64,000 nucleotides of DNA from assembly GCA_934202965.1 (NCBI GenBank), contig CAKPYN010000006.1, positions 37,141 to 101,140 of the forward strand. Direction: 5' to 3'. The position numbers were made by a program, and so were the translations under genes. Positions 18,714 to 28,518 of this stretch are shown here, piece after piece (within the stretch, counting starts at the first letter, position 1; each line of letters opens with the position of its first letter). The DNA comes from an uncultured Megasphaera sp. (GTDB lineage: Bacteria; Bacillota; Negativicutes; Veillonellales; Megasphaeraceae). Under the pieces are notes generated by a model. It saw nothing but the letters and a program-made list of their open reading frames with translations, was not told where the DNA came from and ran no database searches.

Positions 18714-19595
18714 TCACCCTATGTCGGCAAACATTTTATGCGGACGAATCACATGATGTTCTTTATCGAAACGAGCAATACCTGCCAACTTTTTCTCTAG
18801 TGTATAGACACGCAATACAGCCTTATCTGCCAATCCCTTTCCAGCAAAGGGAACAGGACGTCCCTGCAATAAAAAAGTGCATTGTTTATGATTGCATACG
18901 GTTTTGGGTAATTCTTGAATAGCCATGTCAGCGGGTTGTACATAGGCGACCGGATTAGCCTCAATTTCTTCCAGCGTAGCCGCCTCAGCAATATCAAATA
19001 ACCCCGCCCGTACACGCACCAAATAAGTCATACAGGCGTACGTGCCAAGTGCTTCTCCTATATCGCGAATTAACGAACGAATATATGTCCCTTTCGAACA
19101 TGTTACAGCTATCACACCTCGACCGTGATTGTACGACAGTAACTGAATGTCATGAATTGTAACATGCCGTACAGGTAACGTAAACTCCGTATGCTGCCGA
19201 GCTAATTTATATGCTTTCACGCCATTGACATTAATGGCAGAATACCGTGACGGCGTTTGGCCTATTTCCCCATGAAACGATTGCACAGCCTGTTGTATTT
19301 CATCAAACCGAAACGCACGTACCGGTGCCTGCGCCACGACTTCTCCGGTACTATCTTCTGTATCCGTAGCCAATCCCAGTACAAATTCAGCATGATACGT
19401 TTTAACGCTGCTGTCGCCATATTCAATCAGTCTGGTTGCCTGTCCTAAGTAAACAGGCAATACACCGGCTGCCAACGGATCCAGAGTACCCGCATGGCCT
19501 ATTTTTTTCATATTGTATATACGGCGCAGCTGTCCAATCACATCATGGCTTGACATGCCCGTTGGTTTTATTACATTGACAACTCCATGTATCAT
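18714..19595 (-). CDS. truB: tRNA pseudouridine(55) synthase
   Basis: Catalytic GHAGTLDPLAAG. The ATG at 19595 (MIHGVVNVIKP) overlaps the nrnA stop as ATGA; the track start at 19661 is inside nrnA. Confidence 0.9.
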   Translation of the reverse strand: MIHGVVNVIKPTGMSSHDVIGQLRRIYNMKKIGHAGTLDPLAAGVLPVYLGQATRLIEYGDSSVKTYHAEFVLGLATDTEDSTGEVVAQAPVRAFRFDEIQQAVQSFHGEIGQTPSRYSAINVNGVKAYKLARQHTEFTLPVRHVTIHDIQLLSYNHGRGVIAVTCSKGTYIRSLIRDIGEALGTYACMTYLVRVRAGLFDIAEAATLEEIEANPVAYVQPADMAIQELPKTVCNHKQCTFLLQGRPVPFAGKGLADKAVLRVYTLEKKLAGIARFDKEHHVIRPHKMFADIG

Positions 19596-20536
19596 ATCGC
19601 TTTTAAAATTTCCTTCACTACCATTTTCTTTGCATCTTCTAACGAAGCGGCTATCGTACATCCCGCAGCCCGGACATGTCCGCCACCGTCAAAACTAGCT
19701 GCAATCGCATTGACATCTACTGTTTTAGAACGCAGGCTAACTCTTGTTTCTGTATCATTCACAAATTTTACAGTAAACGCAACGTCTACGCCTTTAATAT
19801 TGCGCACATAGTCCATGTAACTGCCTGTATGCTCACCTGTATACTGCATCAATTCCGGTGTAAAAGCCAATCCTGCGACAGTATTGCCGCCAAACAGTTC
19901 AATATGCTGCAATACTTCTGCCAAGGCCTGCATTTTAGCCAAAGAACGCGCTTCTAGATGTTCAGAAATGCGATTGGGGTGTGCACCGGCATCAACCAAC
20001 GCACCTGCCATTTGCAGCGTATGGCCTGTTGTGTTGCTGAACTTAAAGAAACCACAATCTGTAGCAACGGCCAAATACAAGGCATCAGCCCAAGAAGCTT
20101 CGATGGGTACATTCCATGTTAAAAACAGGAATGTCAAGATTTCACCGGCTGCTGCAAAATCAGGGCGAATATATTCCCAATCAGCAAAATGCTGATTGGA
20201 AATATGGTGATCAATATTCAAGATCTTCCCTTTCGCCAAAGTGGCTGCATTTCCCAACCGGTTCATGTCCGTTGCATCCAATACGACCGTTAGCCAAGAT
20301 TCGTCTGTCTGAACAGTTTCTGGTTTTTGAATGACATCATAGTCCTGTAAAAAGTTAAATTTTTCGTCCACGTCGTCGTCCAATACGACAACTACGTCTT
20401 TGTTCAGGGAATGAAGCCATCCATATAATGCCAGCGTACTGCCAATTGCATCGCCATCGGGACTGACATGCGCAGTAATCATAATATGATCATACTGTTC
20501 CAATACGTGACGTATTTCCTGTATTGAAGAATTCAT
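19592..20536 (-). CDS. nrnA: DHH-family oligoribonuclease / pAp phosphatase NrnA
   Basis: DHH motifs (HVSPDGDAIGS, NIDHHISN) and DHHA1 GGGH (FDGGGHVRAAG). Confidence 0.88.
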   Translation of the reverse strand: MNSSIQEIRHVLEQYDHIMITAHVSPDGDAIGSTLALYGWLHSLNKDVVVVLDDDVDEKFNFLQDYDVIQKPETVQTDESWLTVVLDATDMNRLGNAATLAKGKILNIDHHISNQHFADWEYIRPDFAAAGEILTFLFLTWNVPIEASWADALYLAVATDCGFFKFSNTTGHTLQMAGALVDAGAHPNRISEHLEARSLAKMQALAEVLQHIELFGGNTVAGLAFTPELMQYTGEHTGSYMDYVRNIKGVDVAFTVKFVNDTETRVSLRSKTVDVNAIAASFDGGGHVRAAGCTIAASLEDAKKMVVKEILKAI

Positions 20537-20541
20537 ACGTT

Positions 20542-20889
20542 TTAACCCTTCTTTTCAATGTCACGAAGAATTTTATCAATTTTCATGCCATAATCCAATG
20601 ACGTATCTTCCTTAAATTCAATGGTCGGTGAATAGCGAATCCCCAATCGCCGGCCTACTTCTGTGCGAATATAGCCTGTTGCATTTTTTAACGCCTTCAT
20701 CGTATTTTGCTTTTCTTCCGTTTTTCCGAAAAGGCTTACATATACAGTCGCTTCCCGCAAATCACCGGTAATCCGCGCATCTGTAACTGTCACAAAACCA
20801 AGGCGGGGATCTTTCAATTCACGAAGCAGGATATTGGATACTTCCTGCTTAATGAATTCTTGTATTTTACGAACTCGTAATTCTCCCAT
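20542..20889 (-). CDS. rbfA: Ribosome-binding factor A
   Basis: 115 aa in the conserved position after infB. KH-like RbfA blocks (VTVTDARITGDLREATVYVS, SPTIEFKED). Confidence 0.92.
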   Translation of the reverse strand: MGELRVRKIQEFIKQEVSNILLRELKDPRLGFVTVTDARITGDLREATVYVSLFGKTEEKQNTMKALKNATGYIRTEVGRRLGIRYSPTIEFKEDTSLDYGMKIDKILRDIEKKG

Positions 20890-20905
20890 AATGTTTTATC
20901 CTCAC

Positions 20906-23356
20906 TTATTCCGGAGCTACTTCGACCATTTCATACGCTTCGATTTCGTCACCTTCCTTGATGTCACGATATTTATCAAGCGTAATACCGCATTCGTAGC
21001 CAGAAGCAACTTCCTTTACATCATCTTTAAAACGACGGAGACCGTCAATTTCTCCTTCATGAACAACAATACCATTACGAATCAAGCGGATTTTAGACGT
21101 GCTGGTAATTTTACCTTCTTTGACATAGGAACCGCCAACAATAACTTTCGGTGTCGTAATGACTTTGCGGACTTCTGCACGGCCAACAATTTTTTCTTCG
21201 TATTTCTTTTCCATCATGCCTTTAATCGCTGCTTCGACATCATTAATGGCATCATAAATGACACGATACATACGCATATCGACATTTTCATGTTCCGCTG
21301 ATTTACGAGCTGCTGCATCAGGACGAACATTAAAGCCAATAATAATCGCATTGGATGCAGACGCCAGCATAATATCCGATTCTGTAATGGCTCCGACACC
21401 GGCATGTACGATGGAAATACGAACTTCATCGCTCTTAATAGACAGCAAGGACTGACTTAATGCTTCAACAGAACCCTGTACGTCCCCTTTGACAATCAAT
21501 GGCAATTCTTTCAATTCACCCTGCTGAATCTGGCTGAATAAATCGTCCAACGTAACTTTAGCATTGACATGAAGTTCAGAGGAACGTTTCTTTTCCATTC
21601 GCTTTTCAGCTACACTGCGCGCCGTTTTTTCATCGGTTACATCCAAAATGTCGCCAGCTTCCGGCACATCATTCAAGCCTAAGATTTCGACTGGGAATGA
21701 AGGTTCTGCTTTTTTAACTCGTTCGCCCCGTTCGTTGGTCATGGCACGAACTTTACCAAAGCACGGTCCAACAATAATCGTATCGCCTACATGAAGCGTG
21801 CCTTTTTGAATCAGTACCGAGGCAACCGGGCCGCGTCCTTTATCCAACTTCGCTTCAATAACAACCCCTTGAGCCGGACGATTCGGATTGGCTTTCAGTT
21901 CTGATACTTCGGCTAATACTAAAATGTTTTCCAGCAAGTCTTCCAAGCCGATTTTCTTATGAGCAGAAACGGGAACCATAATGGTATCGCCGCCCCAATC
22001 TTCACTGATCAAGCCATATTCTGTCAGCTGCTGCATAACATGTTCAGGATTAGCACTTTCTTTATCTATCTTATTAATAGCAACGATAATCGGTACGCCT
22101 GCAGATTTCGCATGGTTGATAGATTCAATCGTCTGCGGCATAACGCCGTCATCGGCAGCAACAACGAGGACAGCAATATCCGTTACCTGCGCACCACGGG
22201 CACGCATTGCCGTAAATGCTTCATGGCCTGGTGTATCCATAAAGGTGATTTTTTTACCTTCATAACGAACCTGATAGGCCCCAATATGCTGTGTAATACC
22301 ACCGGCTTCATGACTGGTTACATTGGTCTGACGAATCGCATCGAGCAAGCTGGTTTTGCCATGGTCGACGTGACCCATAATCGTAACAACAGGCGGACGA
22401 ACTTTCAATGATTCTGGCGGATCAATAATTTCTTCTAATTCAGTGGGATCTTCCGGTGGTGCTTCTTTCGTTACAGTCACACCAAATTCATCAGCGATTA
22501 ACGATGCCGTTTCATAGTCAATTTCTTGGTTAATCGTCGCCATAATACCGCCCATCAGCAGTTTTTTGATTACTTCGCCAACTTCACGTCCCAAGCGTTC
22601 CGCAAAATCCTTGACAATAATCGTTTCCGGCAATTCAATGCTGGTTGGATAATTTTTCTTTTTAGCCGTTTCATGATTTTGCATTTGCTGCGGCTGATTT
22701 TTATGATTTTTATTTTTATGTTTTCCTTTGTTCAATACGTTGGACAACAGGGTATGCGGTCTGTTTTTACCGCCTTGATTATTGCGAGAATCCCGGTTGC
22801 CATTCTGTCCCCGTTTATTGCGTTTGTTATCGGAACGGTTGCCGCTGTCTGTGTTATTTTGCTGCGTACGACCAAAGAATTTCGTACGTTTACCATCATT
22901 GGAACTGCCTTGTTTGCTGTCTGTCTGATGATTCGTACGGTTTTGACGATTCGATTGACCGCCTGCATTTTGCGGTTTATCTTTACGCATATTGGACATG
23001 TTTTTTCCATTGCGGTTTGTCGGCTGTCCCTGATGTTTTCCGCTGTTGGTGCGTTCGTTATGTCCTTGTTTTGCGTTATTTTCCTGATTATGTTGACGTT
23101 CTTGTTGTTTTCCTTGATTTGCGCGGCTGTTATCGTTCACTTTTCGGCTATTTCCTTCCATTCCTTTTTTGGCTTCTGCCACTTTTTTATCAGTACCCTG
23201 TTTCGATTTCTTAAAAGACGTATCCAAAATGGATTTCATTTTATCATCAATACCAGTAAAATTACCAGCTTTAATATGATGGTCTCCTAATACCTTGATA
23301 ACCGCTTTAGCTGACACACCATATTCTTTGGCTGCTTCATATACTCGTTTTGTCAT
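20906..23356 (-). CDS. infB: Translation initiation factor IF-2
   Basis: G domain [17 protein letters not shown] and NKID. The N-terminal region is low-complexity and rich in N, Q, R, K and G. Confidence 0.97.
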   Translation of the reverse strand: MTKRVYEAAKEYGVSAKAVIKVLGDHHIKAGNFTGIDDKMKSILDTSFKKSKQGTDKKVAEAKKGMEGNSRKVNDNSRANQGKQQERQHNQENNAKQGHNERTNSGKHQGQPTNRNGKNMSNMRKDKPQNAGGQSNRQNRTNHQTDSKQGSSNDGKRTKFFGRTQQNNTDSGNRSDNKRNKRGQNGNRDSRNNQGGKNRPHTLLSNVLNKGKHKNKNHKNQPQQMQNHETAKKKNYPTSIELPETIIVKDFAERLGREVGEVIKKLLMGGIMATINQEIDYETASLIADEFGVTVTKEAPPEDPTELEEIIDPPESLKVRPPVVTIMGHVDHGKTSLLDAIRQTNVTSHEAGGITQHIGAYQVRYEGKKITFMDTPGHEAFTAMRARGAQVTDIAVLVVAADDGVMPQTIESINHAKSAGVPIIVAINKIDKESANPEHVMQQLTEYGLISEDWGGDTIMVPVSAHKKIGLEDLLENILVLAEVSELKANPNRPAQGVVIEAKLDKGRGPVASVLIQKGTLHVGDTIIVGPCFGKVRAMTNERGERVKKAEPSFPVEILGLNDVPEAGDILDVTDEKTARSVAEKRMEKKRSSELHVNAKVTLDDLFSQIQQGELKELPLIVKGDVQGSVEALSQSLLSIKSDEVRISIVHAGVGAITESDIMLASASNAIIIGFNVRPDAAARKSAEHENVDMRMYRVIYDAINDVEAAIKGMMEKKYEEKIVGRAEVRKVITTPKVIVGGSYVKEGKITSTSKIRLIRNGIVVHEGEIDGLRRFKDDVKEVASGYECGITLDKYRDIKEGDEIEAYEMVEVAPE

Positions 23357-23683
23357 CTAGTTACCCCCTTTATCCATCGCTTGCATCACCTTGGCAATCG
23401 CTTTGGCAAATCCCGTATCTGTCAGCAAGACGACAACATTTTGCATCTTGCCAACAGCCTGCCCAAGCTCTTGTTTGGTAAATATATCTACTACGGCAAT
23501 CCCCTTTCGTTTTGCCAGGCGGCGGTATTTTTCTACATTGTCACTACCGCCGTCGCATGCTAAAAACAGCATGGGAACTGTATGTTTTTTCAAATGATTC
23601 TCGGCTGCAAAATCACCGCATATCGTCTTACGAGCCCGATATGCCAATCCTAACAAGCCGCTTATCCGTTCGTGCGCTGTCAT
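23357..23683 (-). CDS. ylxQ: L7Ae-family RNA-binding protein YlxQ
   Basis: 108 aa between ylxR and infB, with an L7Ae-like core. Confidence 0.8.
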   Translation of the reverse strand: MTAHERISGLLGLAYRARKTICGDFAAENHLKKHTVPMLFLACDGGSDNVEKYRRLAKRKGIAVVDIFTKQELGQAVGKMQNVVVLLTDTGFAKAIAKVMQAMDKGGN

Positions 23684-23940
23684 GATAATTCCTGCCGCAG
23701 GCTTTCATAAATATCGTCTGATACCTTTGTTTTCAGCGAACGTTCCAAACGGTGTTCTTTATATGCCTTTTCCAGACAGTCCGGATTTTGGCAAATATAT
23801 ACGCCGCGGCCTGATTTTTTGCCGGTCTTGTCAATTTCAACGATTCCTTCCGGCGTACGGACAACACGAATCATTTCTTTTTTACTTTTTTGTTCCTGAC
23901 AACCGGCACAAACACGGAGCGGTACTTTTTTCTTTTTCAT
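23680..23940 (-). CDS. ylxR: YlxR/RnpM family (DUF448) RNA-binding protein
   Basis: 86 aa with CAGCQE...GRGVYIC blocks. Conserved position after nusA, with a 4-nt overlap onto ylxQ. Confidence 0.85.
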   Translation of the reverse strand: MKKKKVPLRVCAGCQEQKSKKEMIRVVRTPEGIVEIDKTGKKSGRGVYICQNPDCLEKAYKEHRLERSLKTKVSDDIYESLRQELS

Positions 23941-23949
23941 AGGCTCCTC

Positions 23950-25101
23950 CTATTCAGCGCTTGTGTCATCAGACGGCAAGGCTAAATCACTCAAAATATC
24001 CATATCCTCATCAGCAGATTCTGATAGTGCTTCCGGCTGAGCAGCTTTTGCTTCCTGTGCCTGGCTTTCACTCTTTATATCAATTTTCCAATTTGTCAGT
24101 TTCGCAGCCAGCCGTGCATTTTGACCCGCTTTACCAATTGCCAGTGACAATTGATAATCCGGTACAACTACGCTGGAAGATTTTTCAGATTCATCTACAG
24201 TAACGGACAAAACCTGTGCCGGGCTCAATGCGTTGGCAATATATACTGCCGGATCTTCATCCCATTTGACAATATCAATTTTTTCATTCTGCAGTTCCGT
24301 TACGATATTTTGCACGCGTGTGCCTTTCGGTCCTACACAAGCTCCTACAGAATCTACATTTTCATCGCGGGAGTAGACTGCAATCTTCGAACGGCGGCCT
24401 GGTTCTCTAGCAACAGATTTTAATTCTACAACGCCTTCATAGATTTCAGGAACTTCTAATTCAAACAATCGTTTCAACAGGCCCGGATGAGTACGGGATA
24501 CCAAAATTTGTGCGCCTTTTGTTGTTTTTCTTACTTCGACAACATAACATTTAATACGCTGTCCTACCGTATATGTTTCTGTCGGAATTTGTTCTGATAC
24601 AGGAAGTACCGCTTCTGCTTTGCCTAAATCAACGTAGACATTGCGATTTTCAACACGCTGAATTAATCCGGTAATGATATCATCCGTTCGATTATAAAAT
24701 TCATCATATACAATATTGCGTTCTGCTTCACGAAGGCGCTGAATCATGACTTGTTTCGCTGCCTGTGCAGCAATGCGGCCAAAATTATCTGGTGTTACAT
24801 CGACATTAACCACATCGCCGACTTCATATTCTGGATTTAATTTTCTGGCATCTTCCAAGGAAATTTCACCATGAGGATTTTCCACTTCTTCCACAACCGT
24901 CTGGGCTGCAACAATACGATAATCCCCTGTTTCACGATTTAATTCTACATCTGCAATCGGATTGGCTTCCGGTTCTTTTTTATATGCCGTAATTAATACA
25001 GCCTCCAAGGAATCACAGATAACATCTGTAGACACACCTTTCTCTTTGGATAAAAAAGCGATAGCATTGAGCAGTTCTTTGTTCACGTTTACACCCTCCA
25101 T
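23950..25101 (-). CDS. nusA: Transcription termination/antitermination factor NusA
   Basis: N-terminal domain, S1 and two KH regions (GACVGPKGTRVQ, AIGKAGQNARLA) and an acidic tail. Confidence 0.95.
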   Translation of the reverse strand: MEGVNVNKELLNAIAFLSKEKGVSTDVICDSLEAVLITAYKKEPEANPIADVELNRETGDYRIVAAQTVVEEVENPHGEISLEDARKLNPEYEVGDVVNVDVTPDNFGRIAAQAAKQVMIQRLREAERNIVYDEFYNRTDDIITGLIQRVENRNVYVDLGKAEAVLPVSEQIPTETYTVGQRIKCYVVEVRKTTKGAQILVSRTHPGLLKRLFELEVPEIYEGVVELKSVAREPGRRSKIAVYSRDENVDSVGACVGPKGTRVQNIVTELQNEKIDIVKWDEDPAVYIANALSPAQVLSVTVDESEKSSSVVVPDYQLSLAIGKAGQNARLAAKLTNWKIDIKSESQAQEAKAAQPEALSESADEDMDILSDLALPSDDTSAE

Positions 25102-25571
25102 TAAAAATCTATATGCAAGCGAATTTGTGATATATCTTTCATTGGTAATCGTTCTTCATGATCATCTATGCGCACGGTGACGGTGCCATCTTCATTTTTT
25201 TGCACCAAATCAGCAACAATATCTTTTGCTCCTTGATAGGGTTTGAAAAAATGAATATCTACGGCACGGCCAGCATAGCGGATAAAATCCTTATCTTTTT
25301 TAAGAATACGGTCCAATCCCGGCGAGGATACTTCCAGTAAATAATTATCCTGTATGGGGTCTTTTTCATCCAGCACTTTGCTTAATTTTTCACTGACTCG
25401 TTGACAGTCTTCCAAATCCACGCCGCCATCTTTATCAATAAAAACGCGCAAATACCAGTTTTTTTCCCGCACGTACTCTACATCCACCAATTCCAGGGAT
25501 GTACCAGCAATAATTTGTTCTACTTCGTTAGCAATTACTTCTTCAATATGTTCACGTCTCATCGTATTCAC
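25101..25571 (-). CDS. rimP: Ribosome maturation factor RimP
   Basis: 156 aa with LEVSSPGLDR. It is the first gene of the nusA-infB operon. Confidence 0.92.
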   Translation of the reverse strand: MNTMRREHIEEVIANEVEQIIAGTSLELVDVEYVREKNWYLRVFIDKDGGVDLEDCQRVSEKLSKVLDEKDPIQDNYLLEVSSPGLDRILKKDKDFIRYAGRAVDIHFFKPYQGAKDIVADLVQKNEDGTVTVRIDDHEERLPMKDISQIRLHIDF

Positions 25572-25655
25572 CAGCTATCCTTCTTAAAATAGTGTAGGTA
25601 AAAGTTAAGAGTGGGCTTACACCCACTCTTTATCAATCCAACCTAAATTACTTTT

Positions 25656-25684
25656 AGTATACCACTTGACCTTTATTCTGACAA
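25656..25684 (-). promoter_or_regulatory. Putative sigma-A promoter of the rimP-nusA-infB operon
   Basis: Minus strand TTGTCA, 17 nt, TATACT with TG at the extended -10 position. Confidence 0.5.
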
Positions 25685-25700
25685 CGCCGTCAAGCGGAAA

Positions 25701-26381
25701 TCACGCCATATCAGCGCGTATAGCATCTAAAACAGGCAACAGCCTCTTTTCCAATGCCTTTTCCAGCTCCTGTAAGGATGAAGTATCAAAATCATGTACC
25801 AAATTCGGAAAATTATGGATACGCCGTTCAGCAAAAAAGTCATCACGCAGCACATTATACATCAAGGATAAACCGCTTTGTGTTTCCCGATGATAATACG
25901 CCAGTATCATATACGATCCATTGATGATACGCACGGCTTCATTCGGACGAATAAAACGTGTAAACCCATTATATTCTTCCGGCAGAAATGCATCCCATTG
26001 TACAGCAGGAATCCCTTTGTTTTTTAAAATGACACTGAAATTACAAGACGGTTCCACATAATAATCATGAATCAAGCGGCTAAGCCGCTGTTCTACCATG
26101 GTACGGAACAGTGAAAAATCACTCGTAATAAATTCAATCAGCGCAAATTCCAGCATACCAATATCCGTGCGCACCGAAAATTCTTCCGAATCCGGATTAA
26201 ACACGGCCCGTACGGACCACTGATTCACAGGATTACGATACGTAAACAGTACGTATTCTTTATCCGCACCCTGCTCCTGTATCATGCGGGATTCTGTCGA
26301 TAACTTAAAATCTCCCACCTGAAGTGGGAGAATAGAAGCAATATTCCATTGTTTGAGCGTTTCAATCAATGTATCATCCAT
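25701..26381 (-). CDS. Hypothetical protein (226 aa)
   Basis: Long ORF with coding-like composition between tRNA-Leu and the rimP promoter. I recognised no motif and saw no TM segments. A weak hairpin (25607-25630) follows it. Confidence 0.6.
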   Translation of the reverse strand: MDDTLIETLKQWNIASILPLQVGDFKLSTESRMIQEQGADKEYVLFTYRNPVNQWSVRAVFNPDSEEFSVRTDIGMLEFALIEFITSDFSLFRTMVEQRLSRLIHDYYVEPSCNFSVILKNKGIPAVQWDAFLPEEYNGFTRFIRPNEAVRIINGSYMILAYYHRETQSGLSLMYNVLRDDFFAERRIHNFPNLVHDFDTSSLQELEKALEKRLLPVLDAIRADMA

Positions 26382-26391
26382 GCTAAAAAAA

Positions 26392-26478
26392 TGGTGCGGT
26401 TGGCGGGAGTTGAACCCGCACGATCAGAGATCACTGCCGCCTGAAGACAGCGCGTCTGCCATTCCGCCACAACCGCAC
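26392..26478 (-). tRNA. tRNA-Leu (anticodon CAG)
   Basis: Minus strand GTGCGGT...CTGTC-TTCAGGC-GGCAG...GGGTTCAACTCCCGCCAACCGCACCA. It shows a 7-bp acceptor stem, anticodon loop with CAG, a long variable arm, a T-arm GTTCAAC and an encoded CCA. Confidence 0.93.
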
Positions 26479-26482
26479 ATAA

Positions 26483-27058
26483 CTAAAAACTATAAAGACT
26501 TTTATATTGCTGTTCATTCAGCAAAACTATCTTAACATATTCTCTAGTCTCTGTAAAGGGAATTTTTTCTATTTCAGAAAAATCTTTTTTCCAGTCATAT
26601 TTTTCTATCCAAGAGTCGACATACCCACGGCCTGCATTATAGGCTGCCAGTGCCAGCACTTTATTACCATCATATTCTTTTAATAAATATGCCAGATACC
26701 ACGTACCTAGTCGAATATTAATTCGTACATTGTTCAGCTTATCCGGTGTATATTCGGTCAGTTGCATTTGCTGCGCTATCCATGCTGCCGTATCCGGCAT
26801 AATCTGCATTAACCCTACAGCTCCGCGATGGGAAGACGCACTTTCGTCAAATTTGCTTTCCACTAAAATAACAGCAGCTACCAACGCCGGATCTACACCG
26901 TCTTCATAGGAGTACTGACGTACCATATAGTCGTACTGAAGGGGATATACAAATTTTCGCATCACCGTATCTTTCCAGTGATAAAAATAGCTGACAGAAA
27001 AACAAAGCAATGCGACTGCTATTAGAATTTTCCCTCTCGTATTCGATCTTCGTCTCAA
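26483..27058 (-). CDS. Lytic transglycosylase (SLT domain), membrane-anchored
   Basis: N-terminal TM segment, catalytic VESKFDESA context, then GLMQIMP and AAYNAG blocks. Confidence 0.85.
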   Translation of the reverse strand: MRRRSNTRGKILIAVALLCFSVSYFYHWKDTVMRKFVYPLQYDYMVRQYSYEDGVDPALVAAVILVESKFDESASSHRGAVGLMQIMPDTAAWIAQQMQLTEYTPDKLNNVRINIRLGTWYLAYLLKEYDGNKVLALAAYNAGRGYVDSWIEKYDWKKDFSEIEKIPFTETREYVKIVLLNEQQYKSLYSF

Positions 27059-27067
27059 TGCCCATCC

Positions 27068-27676
27068 CTACCGTTTATCTATACGCAGCAAAAGCTGGTT
27101 CCATGCTGCTTTTACTTGTTCTTCCGTTTTTTCCAGTGATGCCGTATTATCCACAATGACTTGGGACAATGCCCGCTTTTTATCAATTGGAAATTGTGAA
27201 CGGATACGCGCTAAGGCTTCTTCCTTCGTATACCCGTTGCGAGCCATGAGTCTCGTAAGCTGTGTCGCTGCATCTACATAGACAAGCCACACTTCATCAA
27301 CATACGAATGATATTTTACCTCAAATAATAAAGGCATGTCAAGAAAAGCGACCGCTTCCCCTGCTTTTTCCAACTGAGTTATTTTTGTTCGTATTTCTTG
27401 GCGAATTAAAGGAAATAAAATTTCTTCTAATTCTTGTTTTTTAGCTGGATTTGTAAAAACAACACTGCCAATATACGCCCTGTTCATCGTACCGTCAGAC
27501 AAAAGCGCCTGCGGCCCAAATGCGCGTACTACAGCCTGTAGCCCTTTTGATCCTGGCAAAACGACGTCTCGGGCAATAATATCACAATCAATAATAGCAG
27601 CGCCATACTGACGCAGCATGGAAACTACCGTGCTTTTGCCGGATGCAATACCGCCGGTCAAACCAATTTTATACAT
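27068..27676 (-). CDS. coaE: Dephospho-CoA kinase
   Basis: P-loop GLTGGIASGKST, about 200 aa, in the conserved position after mutM. Confidence 0.92.
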   Translation of the reverse strand: MYKIGLTGGIASGKSTVVSMLRQYGAAIIDCDIIARDVVLPGSKGLQAVVRAFGPQALLSDGTMNRAYIGSVVFTNPAKKQELEEILFPLIRQEIRTKITQLEKAGEAVAFLDMPLLFEVKYHSYVDEVWLVYVDAATQLTRLMARNGYTKEEALARIRSQFPIDKKRALSQVIVDNTASLEKTEEQVKAAWNQLLLRIDKR

Positions 27677-27688
27677 ATGTATGCCTCC

Positions 27689-28510
27689 CTAATGCTGACA
27701 ATGGGGGCAATAATGTGTACCCCGGCCAGCTAATTTTTTATACTGAATAGTCCCGCCACAAAAAACGCAAGGCTTTCCTTCTCGGCCATATACAAGTAAA
27801 TGGTTTTGATTTTGTCCTTCTCTGCCGCTTCCATTGACGAAATTTTGAATGGTCGTACCGCCATATTTTAATCCTTCATGCAGTACATGAACAATAGCAT
27901 CATGAAGATGTTCGATGTCTTCCTGCGTAAGCGTATGACATCGTCTAAACGGAGAAATATGTGCCAAAAATAATGCTTCATCTACATAAATATTGCCAAG
28001 GCCGGCAATTTTCGTTTGATCTAGTAAAAAACTTTTTATATACCGTTGGGTACCTGCCAATGCCTGGCGTAAATACGCGGTAGTACATGCCGGACTATTT
28101 CCATCCGGCCCCAGCGTATCATAGCCTTGAATGCCTGTCGGTCCCTGCGGCGGCACCAGCCACAGACAGCCCAAGGTACGAATATCTCGATATACCAGCG
28201 TTCCTTCTTGCAGCGAAAAAATAATATGCGCCGCTTTTATATTTTCTTGCCAATGCGGCACATAAATCAGACTGCCGGTCATCCGCAGATGTACCAGCAG
28301 AGAATGAGAACCGCTGCATTGCAGCAATAAATACTTTCCCCGCCGTTTCACTTCCTCAATCGTTTGTCCTGTTAAGGCATGGATAAATGTGTCAGCATCA
28401 GCATTTTTTATAAGCCTTGCCAAGCGAACATCAATATGCATTATTTTTTTGCCCGCTGTATATTGATGAATATATGCGCGAACTGTTTCTACTTCTGGTA
28501 ATTCAGGCAT
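27689..28510 (-). CDS. mutM: Formamidopyrimidine-DNA glycosylase
   Basis: N-terminal MPELPEVE and a C-terminal zinc finger CVFCGG...CPHCQ. Confidence 0.93.
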   Translation of the reverse strand: MPELPEVETVRAYIHQYTAGKKIMHIDVRLARLIKNADADTFIHALTGQTIEEVKRRGKYLLLQCSGSHSLLVHLRMTGSLIYVPHWQENIKAAHIIFSLQEGTLVYRDIRTLGCLWLVPPQGPTGIQGYDTLGPDGNSPACTTAYLRQALAGTQRYIKSFLLDQTKIAGLGNIYVDEALFLAHISPFRRCHTLTQEDIEHLHDAIVHVLHEGLKYGGTTIQNFVNGSGREGQNQNHLLVYGREGKPCVFCGGTIQYKKLAGRGTHYCPHCQH

Positions 28511-28518
28511 ACATCCTC

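Noticed and set aside
22650-23200. Apparent repetitive region (N/Q/R/K/G-rich codons)
   Set aside because: It is the normal low-complexity N-terminal linker of IF-2, not a tandem DNA repeat or mobile element.
22526-23290. 254-aa plus-strand ORF, with other plus-strand ORFs in 20834-23290, antisense to infB
   Set aside because: It lies entirely inside the well-supported IF-2 gene. Its composition mirrors the low-complexity N-terminal IF-2 region, and it has no SD or independent signals.
26353-26535. 60-aa plus-strand ORF
   Set aside because: It overlaps the tRNA-Leu gene on the opposite strand and is an artefact of the GC-rich tRNA sequence.
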